A DNA stretch of 64,000 nt from Thermoleophilia bacterium (GTDB taxonomy: Bacteria > Actinomycetota > Thermoleophilia > BMS3ABIN01): positions 4,808 to 68,807 of the forward strand of contig JACWAM010000109.1 of assembly GCA_014874265.1 (NCBI GenBank). Reading direction: 5' to 3'. The position numbers and the translations under genes were made by a program. Numbering within the stretch: position 1 is the first letter of the stretch; every line of letters starts with the position of its first letter. The notes below the pieces were generated by a model that saw nothing but the letters and a program-made list of their open reading frames with translations, ran no database searches and was not told where the DNA came from. Of this stretch, positions 27,730 through 37,484 are shown piece by piece.

Positions 27730-29301
27730 TCAGTTGTGGCCGGATCCGGCGGCGGCTGCTTTGACAACTGCTTCCATCAGGCCGGGAATCGTAAATTTTT
27801 CCGCCACAATATCAACGCGCAGGCCTAATCCCCTGGCCGTTTCCGCGGTCACGGGACCGATGCAGGCGATGATCACACTAGCGGGAATGCCGGCAAGATC
27901 CATGCCGTTGAGGATCGCTGCGAAATTTCGCACCGTAGAAGAACTCGTAAAAGTAATTATATCAATTTCCCCGGACGCGATCATACGGCGCATCCGGTCG
28001 GCGCCGCCGTCGTCGCGGACGGTTTCGTAAGCGGTGACTACTTTCACCCGGGCGCCCGCCGCCGCCAGACTTTCGGGAAGCACCTCCCGGGCTTCTTTAG
28101 CCCTCGGAATCAGCACCCGCTTTCCTTTTATGCCAAGCCCGAGCAATCCATCAACAATAGATTCCGCGCGGTACTCCGGGGGAACGAAATCAGGCTTCAG
28201 CCCGCGCTCGCGCAGAGACGCCGCCGTCGCCGGTCCAATCGCTCCCAGCTTTATGCCTTTCAAATCCCGGACATCGGCAACCAGGTCAAAGCGTGTGAAG
28301 AAATGATCCACGCCGTTCACGCTGGTGAATATGATCCAGTCGTACGCGGGAGCGGCTTTGCCTTTCAGCCCGCCGATGGCGGCGTCCAGGTCCGCGTAGC
28401 CGCCGGCGGGAGGAACGACCTTGATGGTGGGAAATTCCACCGGCTCGGCGCCGGCCGCGGCCAGGGCCTCGGTGAGAACGCTGGCCTGGGCGCGGGAGCG
28501 GGTGACGACGACTCTCCGGCCAAACAGGGGCCTGTCCTCAAACCAGCGCAGCTCTTCCCGCAGCTTTACGACTTCCCCCACCACCGTGATGGCGGGCGCC
28601 TGAAAGCCGCGCTCCCTGGCCTGATCAACGATGTTTGATAAATTGCCCGTAATTGTTTCCTGCCGGGGCGTAGTTCCCCAGCGAATCAGCGCCACTGGCG
28701 TCTCTGGGGACCGGCCGCTTCTGATCAGATTTTCGACTATCAGGGAAAGGTTTTTCACACCCATGAGAAAGACAAGCGTGCCGACACCAGTTGATATTTT
28801 ATCCCATTTTATCATTGACTCCGGTTTGGCCGGATCTTCATGCCCGGTGATAAAAGCCACGTCGGCGGCGACGCCGCGGTGGGTGACGGGGATGCCGGCG
28901 CAGGCAGGCACGGCGTAAGCGGAAGAAACCCCGGGGATTACTTCAAAAGGCACCCGCGCGCGCCGAAGCGCCAGCGCTTCCTCGCCGCCGCGGCCGAAGA
29001 TAAATGAGTCTCCCCCCTTCAGGCGCGCCACCGTCTTTCCGGCCAGCCCTTTGGCCACGAGCAGGTCATTGATATCTTCCTGGTTCATGGCATGGGTGCC
29101 CCCCTTCTTGCCAGCGTAAATCAGCTCTGCGCCCGCCGGGGCGTATCCGAGCAGTTCCTTGCCGGCCAGGTAATCATAGACAACAACTTGAGCGGCCCGG
29201 ATACATTCCACGCCCTTGAGAGTAATCAGGCCCGGATCCCCGGGACCGGCGCCGATTAAAAAAACTTTGCCTGTGGAGTGTGTCTCACTCATTTGTTCCA
29301 A
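27730..29301 (-). CDS. cobA-hemD: Uroporphyrinogen-III C-methyltransferase (N-terminal) fused to uroporphyrinogen-III synthase (C-terminal).
   Basis: N-terminal VFLIGAGPGDPGLITLKG (SUMT) and a C-terminal HemD-like domain. 523 aa. It is the first gene of the minus-strand heme operon. Confidence 0.8.
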   Translation of the reverse strand: MEQMSETHSTGKVFLIGAGPGDPGLITLKGVECIRAAQVVVYDYLAGKELLGYAPAGAELIYAGKKGGTHAMNQEDINDLLVAKGLAGKTVARLKGGDSFIFGRGGEEALALRRARVPFEVIPGVSSAYAVPACAGIPVTHRGVAADVAFITGHEDPAKPESMIKWDKISTGVGTLVFLMGVKNLSLIVENLIRSGRSPETPVALIRWGTTPRQETITGNLSNIVDQARERGFQAPAITVVGEVVKLREELRWFEDRPLFGRRVVVTRSRAQASVLTEALAAAGAEPVEFPTIKVVPPAGGYADLDAAIGGLKGKAAPAYDWIIFTSVNGVDHFFTRFDLVADVRDLKGIKLGAIGPATAASLRERGLKPDFVPPEYRAESIVDGLLGLGIKGKRVLIPRAKEAREVLPESLAAAGARVKVVTAYETVRDDGGADRMRRMIASGEIDIITFTSSSTVRNFAAILNGMDLAGIPASVIIACIGPVTAETARGLGLRVDIVAEKFTIPGLMEAVVKAAAAGSGHN

Positions 29302-29515
29302 GTTCCAATTTCAAAGTTTTTAAACTTGTTAATCTACCTGTTTACTCAAGCGGCAACCATCCTGAGCCGAAGGCAAGCGATCTTTTTATAAAGCCCCGGT
29401 TTCCGCAAAATTGACTCCTTAGAATGACAAATCAACAGGAAGTTGGATTCCATGCAACAAGTCTGTGTAAAACTCAAATGCTGGGATACTTTTAACGTTG
29501 ACCCGGCGCTTTGAC

Positions 29516-30175
29516 CTAGCTATTGTCAGGACAAAGCATTAGAATTTCCTCCGGCTTGTCAAAATAGTAATCCGGCTCCAGCTCTTTCAGCCTCACCGCC
29601 GGAAAGATACCCCAACCTACCGCCGCCGTGGCGATCCCCGCCGCCTGACCGGCTTCAATGTCAAAGGGGCTGTCCCCGATATAAACCGATTCACCGGCAT
29701 CCGCATCCAGACGCCGCATCGCCAGCATGATCGGTTGCGGATGGGGTTTGTGAAATTCGGTGTCATCAGTGGCCACCACCGTTTCAAAAAAATGCTCAAC
29801 CTGAATCGTCCGGAAAGCCATGTTGACCGTATCGCGGCTCTTTGACGTGACAATGGCAAGCTGGGCCCCCCGCCGTTTCAGCTCCTCCAGAACGCTCTCG
29901 ATGCCGGGAAAGGAGCGGATCAGCTGATCGTGCCGGGCGTGGTTGAATTCCCGGTAAGCATTATACATTTCCTCCGCCCGGGCCGGGCTGAGCAGCCGCA
30001 TCTGTGTTTTGAGCGGCTGGCCCACGTTCGCCATCAGCACCTCGTCGGGCAGCTGCTCTCCCAGTACGGCGCGGCTGGCATGACGGAAGGAATCCCTGAT
30101 GAGATCTATCGTGTCAACCACGGTTCCATCAAGGTCGAAGATAAAAGCCTTGAAGCATTTGTTTACCTGGTACAT
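29516..30175 (-). CDS. HAD-family hydrolase (PpaX/phosphoglycolate phosphatase-like).
   Basis: FDLDGTVVDT motif I, TSKSRD motif II, GDSPFDIEAG motif III/IV. Confidence 0.65.
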   Translation of the reverse strand: MYQVNKCFKAFIFDLDGTVVDTIDLIRDSFRHASRAVLGEQLPDEVLMANVGQPLKTQMRLLSPARAEEMYNAYREFNHARHDQLIRSFPGIESVLEELKRRGAQLAIVTSKSRDTVNMAFRTIQVEHFFETVVATDDTEFHKPHPQPIMLAMRRLDADAGESVYIGDSPFDIEAGQAAGIATAAVGWGIFPAVRLKELEPDYYFDKPEEILMLCPDNS

Positions 30176-30183
30176 AAACCCTT

Positions 30184-30990
30184 CTATTTCCCAGCCGGAA
30201 TCAGCCGGTCCAGATTCCAGTCCCTGACGATCTCCATCCCGGAAAGGTTGGTGAGCGCAAAATGGATCGGCGTCACGGAGATCATGCTCCTGCCGACCGC
30301 GTGAAAATCCGTACCTTCTTCCTTGTGATAGGAAGGATCGTCACCATAGATCATGAAGCTCTTGCCACCGGCGCCGTTTCCGCCTTCCTCCACCAGCTGA
30401 TCCCGATAGATGCGCTTGCCCAACCGGGTCACCTCGGCGCCCCGGACCTGGTCCAAGGGCAGGTTGGGCGCATTGATATTTAGCAGGATAGTGCCAGAAA
30501 GATCCGCGTGCATGATTTTTGCCGACACCCGGGCCGTGAACCCGGCCACCGCGTCAAAATGAAAGGCGCGCTCGCCAGCGGCTCCCCGCCAGCCGTCCGG
30601 CCGTTCGATCGACACGGCAATCGCCGGCAGCCCCAACATATTGCCTTCGAAAGCGGCCGCAACCGTACCTGAATAGGTGATGTCGTCACCCAGATTCGGG
30701 CCGAGATTAATCCCGGAAATGACAATATCCGGCTGCCAGTCAAGAAACCCGAGCGATGCCAAGCGAACGCAATCGACAGGCGTGCCGTCAACCGAAAATC
30801 CCCGAGAGCCGTCCACGAAGGTGACTTCCGTCACATTGAGCGACTGTCCAATGGTGATGCTGCGGCCGATGGCGCTCCGGTTCTGATCCGGAGCGATGAC
30901 CTCAACGTCTCCCTGGGTCTCCAGGGCCTTTTTGACCGCAAACAAGCCGGGGGAGTCAATGCCGTCGTCGTTGGTAACAAGTATTTTCAC
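30184..30990 (-). CDS. surE: 5'/3'-nucleotidase SurE.
   Basis: MKILVTNDDGIDSPGL N-terminus. Confidence 0.85.
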   Translation of the reverse strand: MKILVTNDDGIDSPGLFAVKKALETQGDVEVIAPDQNRSAIGRSITIGQSLNVTEVTFVDGSRGFSVDGTPVDCVRLASLGFLDWQPDIVISGINLGPNLGDDITYSGTVAAAFEGNMLGLPAIAVSIERPDGWRGAAGERAFHFDAVAGFTARVSAKIMHADLSGTILLNINAPNLPLDQVRGAEVTRLGKRIYRDQLVEEGGNGAGGKSFMIYGDDPSYHKEEGTDFHAVGRSMISVTPIHFALTNLSGMEIVRDWNLDRLIPAGK

Positions 30991-31054
30991 GAAGCAAATC
31001 TGATAACGGGAGAGCTAAGGGAAAGAGTCGGCGCCGGAAAGCGGCATCGGACAT

Positions 31055-31318
31055 TTACTTGTCCGAGCCGGCAGCGGCTTTTTTCTTGCTTTCTTTTTTC
31101 TTTTTTGGCTTCTCTTCGGACCTGGAGGCTGTTGCCGAGCGCTTGCCATAATCCGTGGTGTAAAAACCGCTTCCCTTAAAATGGATGGCCACCGGATGAA
31201 ACAGCCGGGTGACCCGGGCGCCGCACTTTTCACATTTTTTGACAGAATGGTCAGAAATATTCTGAAGCCTTTCAAACTGGTGCCCGCACTTGAGGCACCG
31301 GTATTCATAAATGGGCAA
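31055..31318 (-). CDS. FmdB-family zinc-ribbon putative regulatory protein.
   Basis: MPIYEYRCLKCGHQFE...CEKCG, and a lysine-rich C-terminal tail. Confidence 0.6.
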   Translation of the reverse strand: MPIYEYRCLKCGHQFERLQNISDHSVKKCEKCGARVTRLFHPVAIHFKGSGFYTTDYGKRSATASRSEEKPKKKKESKKKAAAGSDK

Positions 31319-31891
31319 TTGGTGTCAATCCTCCTTTCGCGCTGAGGGCGCAGAACTAAAAAACCTCGAGCCGGCCTTAGGGCCGCCCGAACAAGTCAAT
31401 TTGTTGCCAACCTGGATTATAACATCTATTTGATTGTCCCGGCTTGAGGCTGCCGCCCGGCCGGCGCACCCTGCCCGCGGTCCCTGATTTCGCGCATTAC
31501 TCTCACCGTTTCCCGCAGTTCGAACAGCACCGGCCGGAACGGCAAGTTTGACCTTCGCTGTTTTGTGAAACAATTTGAGACGCGGTCCGGCGTGTCGCAA
31601 GCCATTGGGAGCAAGTGAGCCATTTTTTAGATTTTTGTTTTGGATTTTCGGCGGCAAGAAAGTGAAGGACATTGCCCCCCGGAAAAGAATGCTCCTGTAG
31701 CCAGTCCTGGCAGGTTGTTGGCGGCGAAGGAACCGCAGAATTTCCCTGCCGGAATATGCTTGAAAAAACGCCCGTTACTGGCAAGGAGCGTCTCATTTTA
31801 GTATGATTCTGGCGGGTCGGACTCTGCCGCGAGCGGCGAGGTTAAGGCCTTAAATGTCAATAAAAAGATCTTTTTTCCTTAGAATAACAAT

Positions 31892-33079
31892 ATGAAAATA
31901 GCCCTCGTTTCCGAGTATTATTACCCGCTGCTCGGGGGAATAACCGAGCACGTTCACAATCTGGCCCTTTCCCTTGATAAGCGGGGTCACGATGTTACCG
32001 TCGTTACCCATAACCTGAAACCCCGCAAGCATCATCATTATCCCGACGGCCCCGTGAATTTCTCCGTGGTCAGGTTCGGCAAGGGCATTCCCATTTATTC
32101 AAATGGGTCGATTGCCCGGATTACCGTTGGCAAGAGGCTTGGCTCCACCCTGCAGAAATTTTTTCAGCAGGAGAAATTTGACGTCATCCACGCTCACTCG
32201 CCGCTGACGCCAATCTTGCCGGTCATCGCTCTCAGAAAATCAAACGCTCCGGTGACCGTGGGGACCTTTCACACGTATTTCGACCGGAGCCGCGGTTATG
32301 CCATGCTGCCAAAGAAGTCCGCCGCGCACATGGACAAAATGGACGGGAAGATCGTGGTGTCCGAAGCCTGCATCGAGGCGCTCTCCCGTTATTTTGAAAC
32401 CGATTACGAGGTTATTCCCAACGGCGTCGACCCGGATTACTTTACCCCGGACGCCCCCGTCCTGCCGGAATTCGATGACGGCAAACTAAATATTCTTTTT
32501 GTCGGCCGCTTCGATCCCCGCAACGGATTGCGCACCATGATCGACGCTTTCAAGATCGTCAAATCCCGGTACTCGAACTGCCGCCTGATTGTTGTCGGCG
32601 ATGGTCCCCTGCGGCCATATTACCGCTCGCTGGTAAGCAAAGAACTGGCACCGGATATTCACTTCGCCGGACTTGTCAACGGCGGCCGTCCAAGCTATTA
32701 CGCCTCCGCAGACATTTATTGCAGCCCCTGCACAAAGGCGTCTTTTGGCGTGGTGTTGCTCGAGGCGATGGCTTCCGGCAAGCCGGTGGTGGCCTCCGAC
32801 ATCAACGGCTACCGCTTGGTAATGCAGGACGGCAAGCAGGGCATCCTCGTCGGCGAAACCGGTCCGGCCGCTTTTGCCGAAGCCCTGCTCCGGCTTCTGA
32901 GAGACCCCGAGCTGCGCCATCGCATGGGGGACCACGGCCGAAAAACCGTGCTGGCAAAATATTCATGGGACCTGGTCGCGGAGCAGGTCGAGCAGCTTTA
33001 CCTGAAGCTGCTTGGCGGCGAAATAGACGAGGCTGTTGCCGCCATACCGGATCCCAAAATGGCCTTCGCATTAAAGTGA
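31892..33079 (+). CDS. Glycosyltransferase family 4 (GT-B).
   Basis: MKIALVSEYYYPLLGGITEHV N-terminus and an EAMASGKPVVASD C-terminal motif. Confidence 0.75.
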   Translation: MKIALVSEYYYPLLGGITEHVHNLALSLDKRGHDVTVVTHNLKPRKHHHYPDGPVNFSVVRFGKGIPIYSNGSIARITVGKRLGSTLQKFFQQEKFDVIHAHSPLTPILPVIALRKSNAPVTVGTFHTYFDRSRGYAMLPKKSAAHMDKMDGKIVVSEACIEALSRYFETDYEVIPNGVDPDYFTPDAPVLPEFDDGKLNILFVGRFDPRNGLRTMIDAFKIVKSRYSNCRLIVVGDGPLRPYYRSLVSKELAPDIHFAGLVNGGRPSYYASADIYCSPCTKASFGVVLLEAMASGKPVVASDINGYRLVMQDGKQGILVGETGPAAFAEALLRLLRDPELRHRMGDHGRKTVLAKYSWDLVAEQVEQLYLKLLGGEIDEAVAAIPDPKMAFALK

Positions 33080-33909
33080 CTAAAAGAAGGGCCCTGTCGA
33101 TCCTGGGCTCTCTTGGCTTCAGCGCCCTTCTGGCGGACGCATCAGTTTCGCACATTCTCTGGCATCACGGCCACAAGCGGTTGGCGGCTGCTTTGCTTAG
33201 CGGCGGGGCTGCCGCCGATGGCTTGTTTGTCTACTCTTTTCTGGTTCCCAATTTCCCTCTTCTGGGAAAGACTTTCTATTGCGGATCCGGGGCGGACAGC
33301 TCCGTCGCGCTTACCTTTGACGATGGGCCGCGGTCTCCGTATACGGAGCAGATTCTCGAAGTCCTGGAGCGCGAAGGTGTGACGGCAACCTTCTTTGTCC
33401 TGGGAGAAAATGTGCGGCGGAGCCCGGACCTGGTGCGCCGGATCGAGGCCGGGGGCCACCGGGTGGCCAACCACGGAAACGATCATGACATTCTCATGTG
33501 GGCCGGGGCGGGAGCCGCCCTGCGGCAGCTGGAGGAGGGGGAGCGGGCTCTGAAACAGGCAGGCATAACTAAACCGGCGCCGCTATTCCGGGCCCCCCAT
33601 GGCTGGTTGAGCCCGAGGGCCCACAGGGCTATTACTGGGCGCGGCTACCGGGTGGCGGGCTGGACCAAGGGAGTGTGGGATACGGCGCTTCCGGGAACGG
33701 AAGTGATTGTCTCCCGGACGACGGAGCTGCTTAATTCCGGGAGCGTTCTCCTACTTCATGACGGCTGGCAGGGACCGCAGCCGGAAGACCGCTCGCAAAC
33801 CGTCGCGGCGCTGCCGGGAATAATCAGGGAAGCCAGATCGCGGGGCCTTAAGTTTGTCACGCTCGAGGAGTTGATCCGGGAGGCAGAGGCAGTAGCCGGG
33901 CGCCGGTGA
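33076..33909 (+). CDS. Polysaccharide deacetylase (CE4/NodB family).
   Basis: TFDDGP, TFFVLGEN, HGNDHD and LLHD motifs. The GTG start overlaps the GT4 stop (GTGA). The track ORF 32719.. overlaps the upstream gene and is too long. Confidence 0.7.
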   Translation: MTKRRALSILGSLGFSALLADASVSHILWHHGHKRLAAALLSGGAAADGLFVYSFLVPNFPLLGKTFYCGSGADSSVALTFDDGPRSPYTEQILEVLEREGVTATFFVLGENVRRSPDLVRRIEAGGHRVANHGNDHDILMWAGAGAALRQLEEGERALKQAGITKPAPLFRAPHGWLSPRAHRAITGRGYRVAGWTKGVWDTALPGTEVIVSRTTELLNSGSVLLLHDGWQGPQPEDRSQTVAALPGIIREARSRGLKFVTLEELIREAEAVAGRR

Positions 33910-35018
33910 GGCTCCCGGCCATCAGCAAGATCGGCAGGCTTGTCCTTCGCCACTGGCTGCTGGCCGTCCTGCTGGCGGCGATTGTTTACGTACTTACAAA
34001 GCGAGTGAACTACAGTCAGGTCTGGTCCGCGTTTGCGGGCGTCTCCTGGCTCTTCGTCTTCCTGGCGATTATTGCCAATCTCTCCTCCATTATGCTCAAG
34101 GTCGCCAGCTGGAAAATCATCTATAATTTTACATTTCCCGGCTTCCGGGCCCGCTGGCGCGACCTGATCTCGGCGCTGATGATCGGTTTTCTGGTAAACG
34201 CTCTGGTACCGGCGCGGATTGGCGAACTGGCCCGAGCATACGTGATAACGCGTCGCGAGTCGCTTAAAGGATATTCTCTCTCCCGCTCTACCGTCTTCGG
34301 CACGATCGTGCTCGAGCGCGTGTTTGACGGAGTCATCCTGGCCGCGATCATTTTTTACGGGGTTTTCCGGATGAACCTGCCCTCCTGGGCGGACAGAGGC
34401 GCGATGGTGCTTCTCGCCATAGCATTGATATTTGGCATTTCTCTGGTAGTGCTTGAAATCAAGCGGGAAAAGATCAAGGCGGGCGCCGCCGCTGCCCAGG
34501 CGCGGCACCGCGAAGAACATCCGTGGTGGCGCAAGCAGCTTACAAAGCTGCATGGCATCGTCGCCCGTTTCAGTGAAGGCCAGCAGGTCCTGCGAAGCCC
34601 CGGACGGGTTCTAGCGATCCTCTGCACCACATCGGCCTCCTGGATATCTCAGCTGACCGCCGTTTTCCTTTCCCTGTACGCCTTTCATCTCGGGTTTACC
34701 GGCTTCCTGGGGGCGACGCTGCTGCTGATCCTGATTAATGTCGCCGGGGCGCTCCCGGCGACGCCGGGCAATGTGGGCATTTTTCAGCTGGCAACCGTCA
34801 TCCCGCTGGCAATCGCCTACGGATCCACCGCCGACGGCCATCCTTGCACGCCGGAGTTTCACTGCATCACCGAGTCCACGGCGCTGGCTTTTTCCATTGG
34901 ACTGCAGGCGATTGAGGGATCGATCGGACTGGGAGTGGGAAGCGCTTTTCTCCTCAAGGAGGGCCTTAGCTTCAAACAGGTTCGGAGGGAAAGTCTGAGA
35001 GATATACAAGCGGGGTAG
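33906..35018 (+). CDS. UPF0104/LPG-synthase-TM-like polytopic membrane protein (flippase-like).
   Basis: 370 aa with more than 8 TM helices. Translationally coupled (GTGA) to the deacetylase. The GT plus CE4 plus UPF0104 arrangement is recurrent. Confidence 0.5.
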   Translation: MRLPAISKIGRLVLRHWLLAVLLAAIVYVLTKRVNYSQVWSAFAGVSWLFVFLAIIANLSSIMLKVASWKIIYNFTFPGFRARWRDLISALMIGFLVNALVPARIGELARAYVITRRESLKGYSLSRSTVFGTIVLERVFDGVILAAIIFYGVFRMNLPSWADRGAMVLLAIALIFGISLVVLEIKREKIKAGAAAAQARHREEHPWWRKQLTKLHGIVARFSEGQQVLRSPGRVLAILCTTSASWISQLTAVFLSLYAFHLGFTGFLGATLLLILINVAGALPATPGNVGIFQLATVIPLAIAYGSTADGHPCTPEFHCITESTALAFSIGLQAIEGSIGLGVGSAFLLKEGLSFKQVRRESLRDIQAG

Positions 35019-35036
35019 CAAAGGAGTTTGCCAACC

Positions 35037-35055
35037 GGTGGCAAATCACGTTACT
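35037..35055. promoter_or_regulatory. Inverted-repeat operator-like site TTTGCCA-accgg-TGGCAAA upstream of the dehydratase-like operon.
   Basis: tttgccaaccggtggcaaa. The arms tttgcc/ggcaaa are perfect complements. It lies 118 nt upstream of the start at 35173. Confidence 0.35.
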
Positions 35056-35172
35056 ATCACTTAACCTTTCGATTAGATGTTACTGAAAAAGGGAAGTCTC
35101 TTTGGAGAAATTCCGGTGGCGCTCTGACAGCCTCCGGCGGCAAGTTACAGCAACCCTTAAAGCAAGACTTTT

Positions 35173-36165
35173 ATGCGTGTTGGCATTCCCAGATCGCTTC
35201 TTTATTACAAGTACCTGCCCTTCTGGAAGACTTTTCTGACCGGCTTGGGGCTGGAAGTGGAGACCTCTCCGCTGACCAACAAGAAAATCCTTTCCGCCGG
35301 CGTCAAAGTGGCGGAAAACGAGCTCTGCGTCCCGGTGAAAGCTTTCTATGGCCACTGCATGTCTCTTCGCGACCGCGGCGTCGACGCGCTGTTCGTACCG
35401 CGCGTGGTTAGTGTCGAAGAGCGGGCTTACACCTGCCCCAAGTTTCTCGGACTTCCTGACATGATCGGGGCCGTGGCCGACAACCTTAGCCTGCCACCGC
35501 TGCTGACGCCGAAGCTGAACCAGCGGGAGAAGCCAAGCGAATTTAAATGGCAGCTGATTAATTTTGCCCGGGAACAGTTCGGCCTCGGCTTGCTGGACGC
35601 GGTCGCGGCGCTGGAGTCGGCCAAGGTGGCGCAGCGGCGCTATGAGGAAAGCCTCGTGGCGGGCCGGCGTCCGCTGGACCTGCTCCCGGCCAGCAAGCTG
35701 AACCGGGCCCGCTGGCGGGCCCCGGTCAAGGGAAGGCCCAAACGCATCGGCCTCCTCGGCCATCCTTACAATATTTACGACGGGTATATCACCCAGAACC
35801 TGATTGCCCGCCTGGAAGAGACAGGCGTGGAGCTGATCGTTCCGGAAATGACTGACCATCACGTATTGATGGAAGCTGCAACCGATGTGCCAAAGCAGCT
35901 TTACTGGAGTTACGAAAAGGAGATCATGGGAGCGATCAACCACTGGACCGGCAACCGCTTGGTGGACGGCGTCATCTACGTCCTTGCCTTTGCCTGCGGG
36001 CCGGACTCGCTGATCCAGGTGCTGATCGAGCACCGGGCCAGGCAGCACAGGGTGCCGCTGATGTCACTGACGGTCGACGAGCATAGCGGTGAAGCGGGGC
36101 TTGTTACCCGGATCGAGGCTTTTATTGACATGCTTACCCGGAAGTCCGCCATAAGCGCCGCATAG
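35173..36165 (+). CDS. 2-hydroxyacyl-CoA dehydratase-like subunit (HgdA/B / DUF2229 family), small form.
   Basis: N-terminal MRVGIPRSLLYYKYLPFWKTF, and a C-terminal AFACGPDSL...DEHSGEAGLVTRIEAF motif shared with the next gene. Confidence 0.55.
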   Translation: MRVGIPRSLLYYKYLPFWKTFLTGLGLEVETSPLTNKKILSAGVKVAENELCVPVKAFYGHCMSLRDRGVDALFVPRVVSVEERAYTCPKFLGLPDMIGAVADNLSLPPLLTPKLNQREKPSEFKWQLINFAREQFGLGLLDAVAALESAKVAQRRYEESLVAGRRPLDLLPASKLNRARWRAPVKGRPKRIGLLGHPYNIYDGYITQNLIARLEETGVELIVPEMTDHHVLMEAATDVPKQLYWSYEKEIMGAINHWTGNRLVDGVIYVLAFACGPDSLIQVLIEHRARQHRVPLMSLTVDEHSGEAGLVTRIEAFIDMLTRKSAISAA

Positions 36166-36234
36166 CAGAATAGATGGTAGATAGTGGATGTTGGATGGCG
36201 GATGCTGGAAAAAAACCATGAATGGTGTTGAGAT

Positions 36235-37440
36235 ATGAGGCCTGTGAGTGAAATCAAGGTGACGACCCCGCATCTGGGCAACCTGCACCTGCTGCTCGAC
36301 GACCTGTTTGACCGCCTCGGAGTCGAGTATATCAAGCCGCCGCCGTCCTCCACGAAGACCCTGCAGATAGGCGTCAAGCACAGCCCTGAATTTGCCTGCC
36401 TGCCGCTTAAGATCAATTTGGGCAATTTCATCCAGGCGCTGGAGCAAGGGGCAAACACGATCGCCATGGCCGGCGGCCACGGCCCCTGTCGTTTCGGCTA
36501 TTACGGCATCGTCGAAGAGCGCATTCTCCGTGATCTCGGCTACGATTTCGACTTTATCATGCTGGAGCCTTTCCGGGACGGTCCCTGGGCCTTTTACCGG
36601 ACATTTGCTGAACTTTCTACCGGACTATCAATATTGAAACTGTGGAAAATCCTCAAGTCGTCATTTTCCAAAGGACGCGCCTTTGACCAGTTGACTTGGC
36701 GGTCGCTGCAGGTGCGCGCCTTCGAGGTAAACCGGGGGGACACCAACAAAGCCCTACGCCAGGCGGAGAAGATCCTGGCGGCGGCCCGTTCACAGGAAGA
36801 AGTTGCGGCGGCGGCGGCAGAGTCAATGGCGGTAATTAACTCCGTCGAGCAGGACCCCGGGCGGGATGTTCTCAAGATCGGGATCGTTGGTGAGTTTTAT
36901 CTGCTCCTGGAGCCATTCAGTAATTTTGATCTTGAGGAGATCCTTGGTAATATGGGAGTTTACCTGGAGCGGACCGTCTGGGTGACGGATTGGATCGCTC
37001 CCCGGAGAGACAACAAGATTTTTGGCTTTTCCAAGCATCTGCTGGCGGAGAAAGCAGAGCCTTTCCTAAGTCACAATGTCGGCGGCGAGGGCCGGGAGAC
37101 GGTTGGCAGCACGGTGCTGTTCGCCGAGCGCGGTTTCGACGGCGTCATCCAGCTGCTGCCGTTCGGCTGCATGCCGGAAAATATCGCGACCAGCATCCTG
37201 CCCAAGGTGCAGCAGCAGCACGACATCCCGGTCTTGACGCTGGCTTTTGACGAGCAGACCGGCCGCGCCGGGATGGTCACCCGGCTGGAAGCGTTCGTGG
37301 ACTTGCTTCAAGCGCGCCGCGGCTGCGCGCCGCTCGCTTCCTTGAAAAGAGCGGCAAAGCCTGAGACGATGCCAAGCGACGGCTGCGCCGGATGCGCGGT
37401 AAAATCAGCTTCGGGCGCGGCTTGCACGCCCGGCAGTTAG
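36235..37440 (+). CDS. 2-hydroxyacyl-CoA dehydratase-like subunit (HgdA/B family), paralog of the previous gene.
   Basis: LPFGCMPENIA...DEQTGRAGMVTRLEAF C-terminal motif and a GGHGPCRFGYY cysteine region. 401 aa. Confidence 0.55.
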   Translation: MRPVSEIKVTTPHLGNLHLLLDDLFDRLGVEYIKPPPSSTKTLQIGVKHSPEFACLPLKINLGNFIQALEQGANTIAMAGGHGPCRFGYYGIVEERILRDLGYDFDFIMLEPFRDGPWAFYRTFAELSTGLSILKLWKILKSSFSKGRAFDQLTWRSLQVRAFEVNRGDTNKALRQAEKILAAARSQEEVAAAAAESMAVINSVEQDPGRDVLKIGIVGEFYLLLEPFSNFDLEEILGNMGVYLERTVWVTDWIAPRRDNKIFGFSKHLLAEKAEPFLSHNVGGEGRETVGSTVLFAERGFDGVIQLLPFGCMPENIATSILPKVQQQHDIPVLTLAFDEQTGRAGMVTRLEAFVDLLQARRGCAPLASLKRAAKPETMPSDGCAGCAVKSASGAACTPGS

Positions 37441-37484
37441 CCCTTTCGCCTGGAACTTTGAACTTGGAACTTTAATTTGAGTTT

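Noticed and set aside
31320-31890. A 570-bp divergent intergenic region examined for riboswitches or ncRNA (SRP, tmRNA, 6S, c-di-GMP).
   Set aside because: I could not recognise any conserved core of those RNAs by eye. It is left unassigned rather than called.
36166-36215. Cluster of TGGATG-like 9-mers considered as a DnaA-box cluster or origin.
   Set aside because: There is no dnaA or dnaN nearby and no AT-rich unwinding element. The same motif recurs at several gene 5' ends, so it fits a dispersed repeat family better than an origin.
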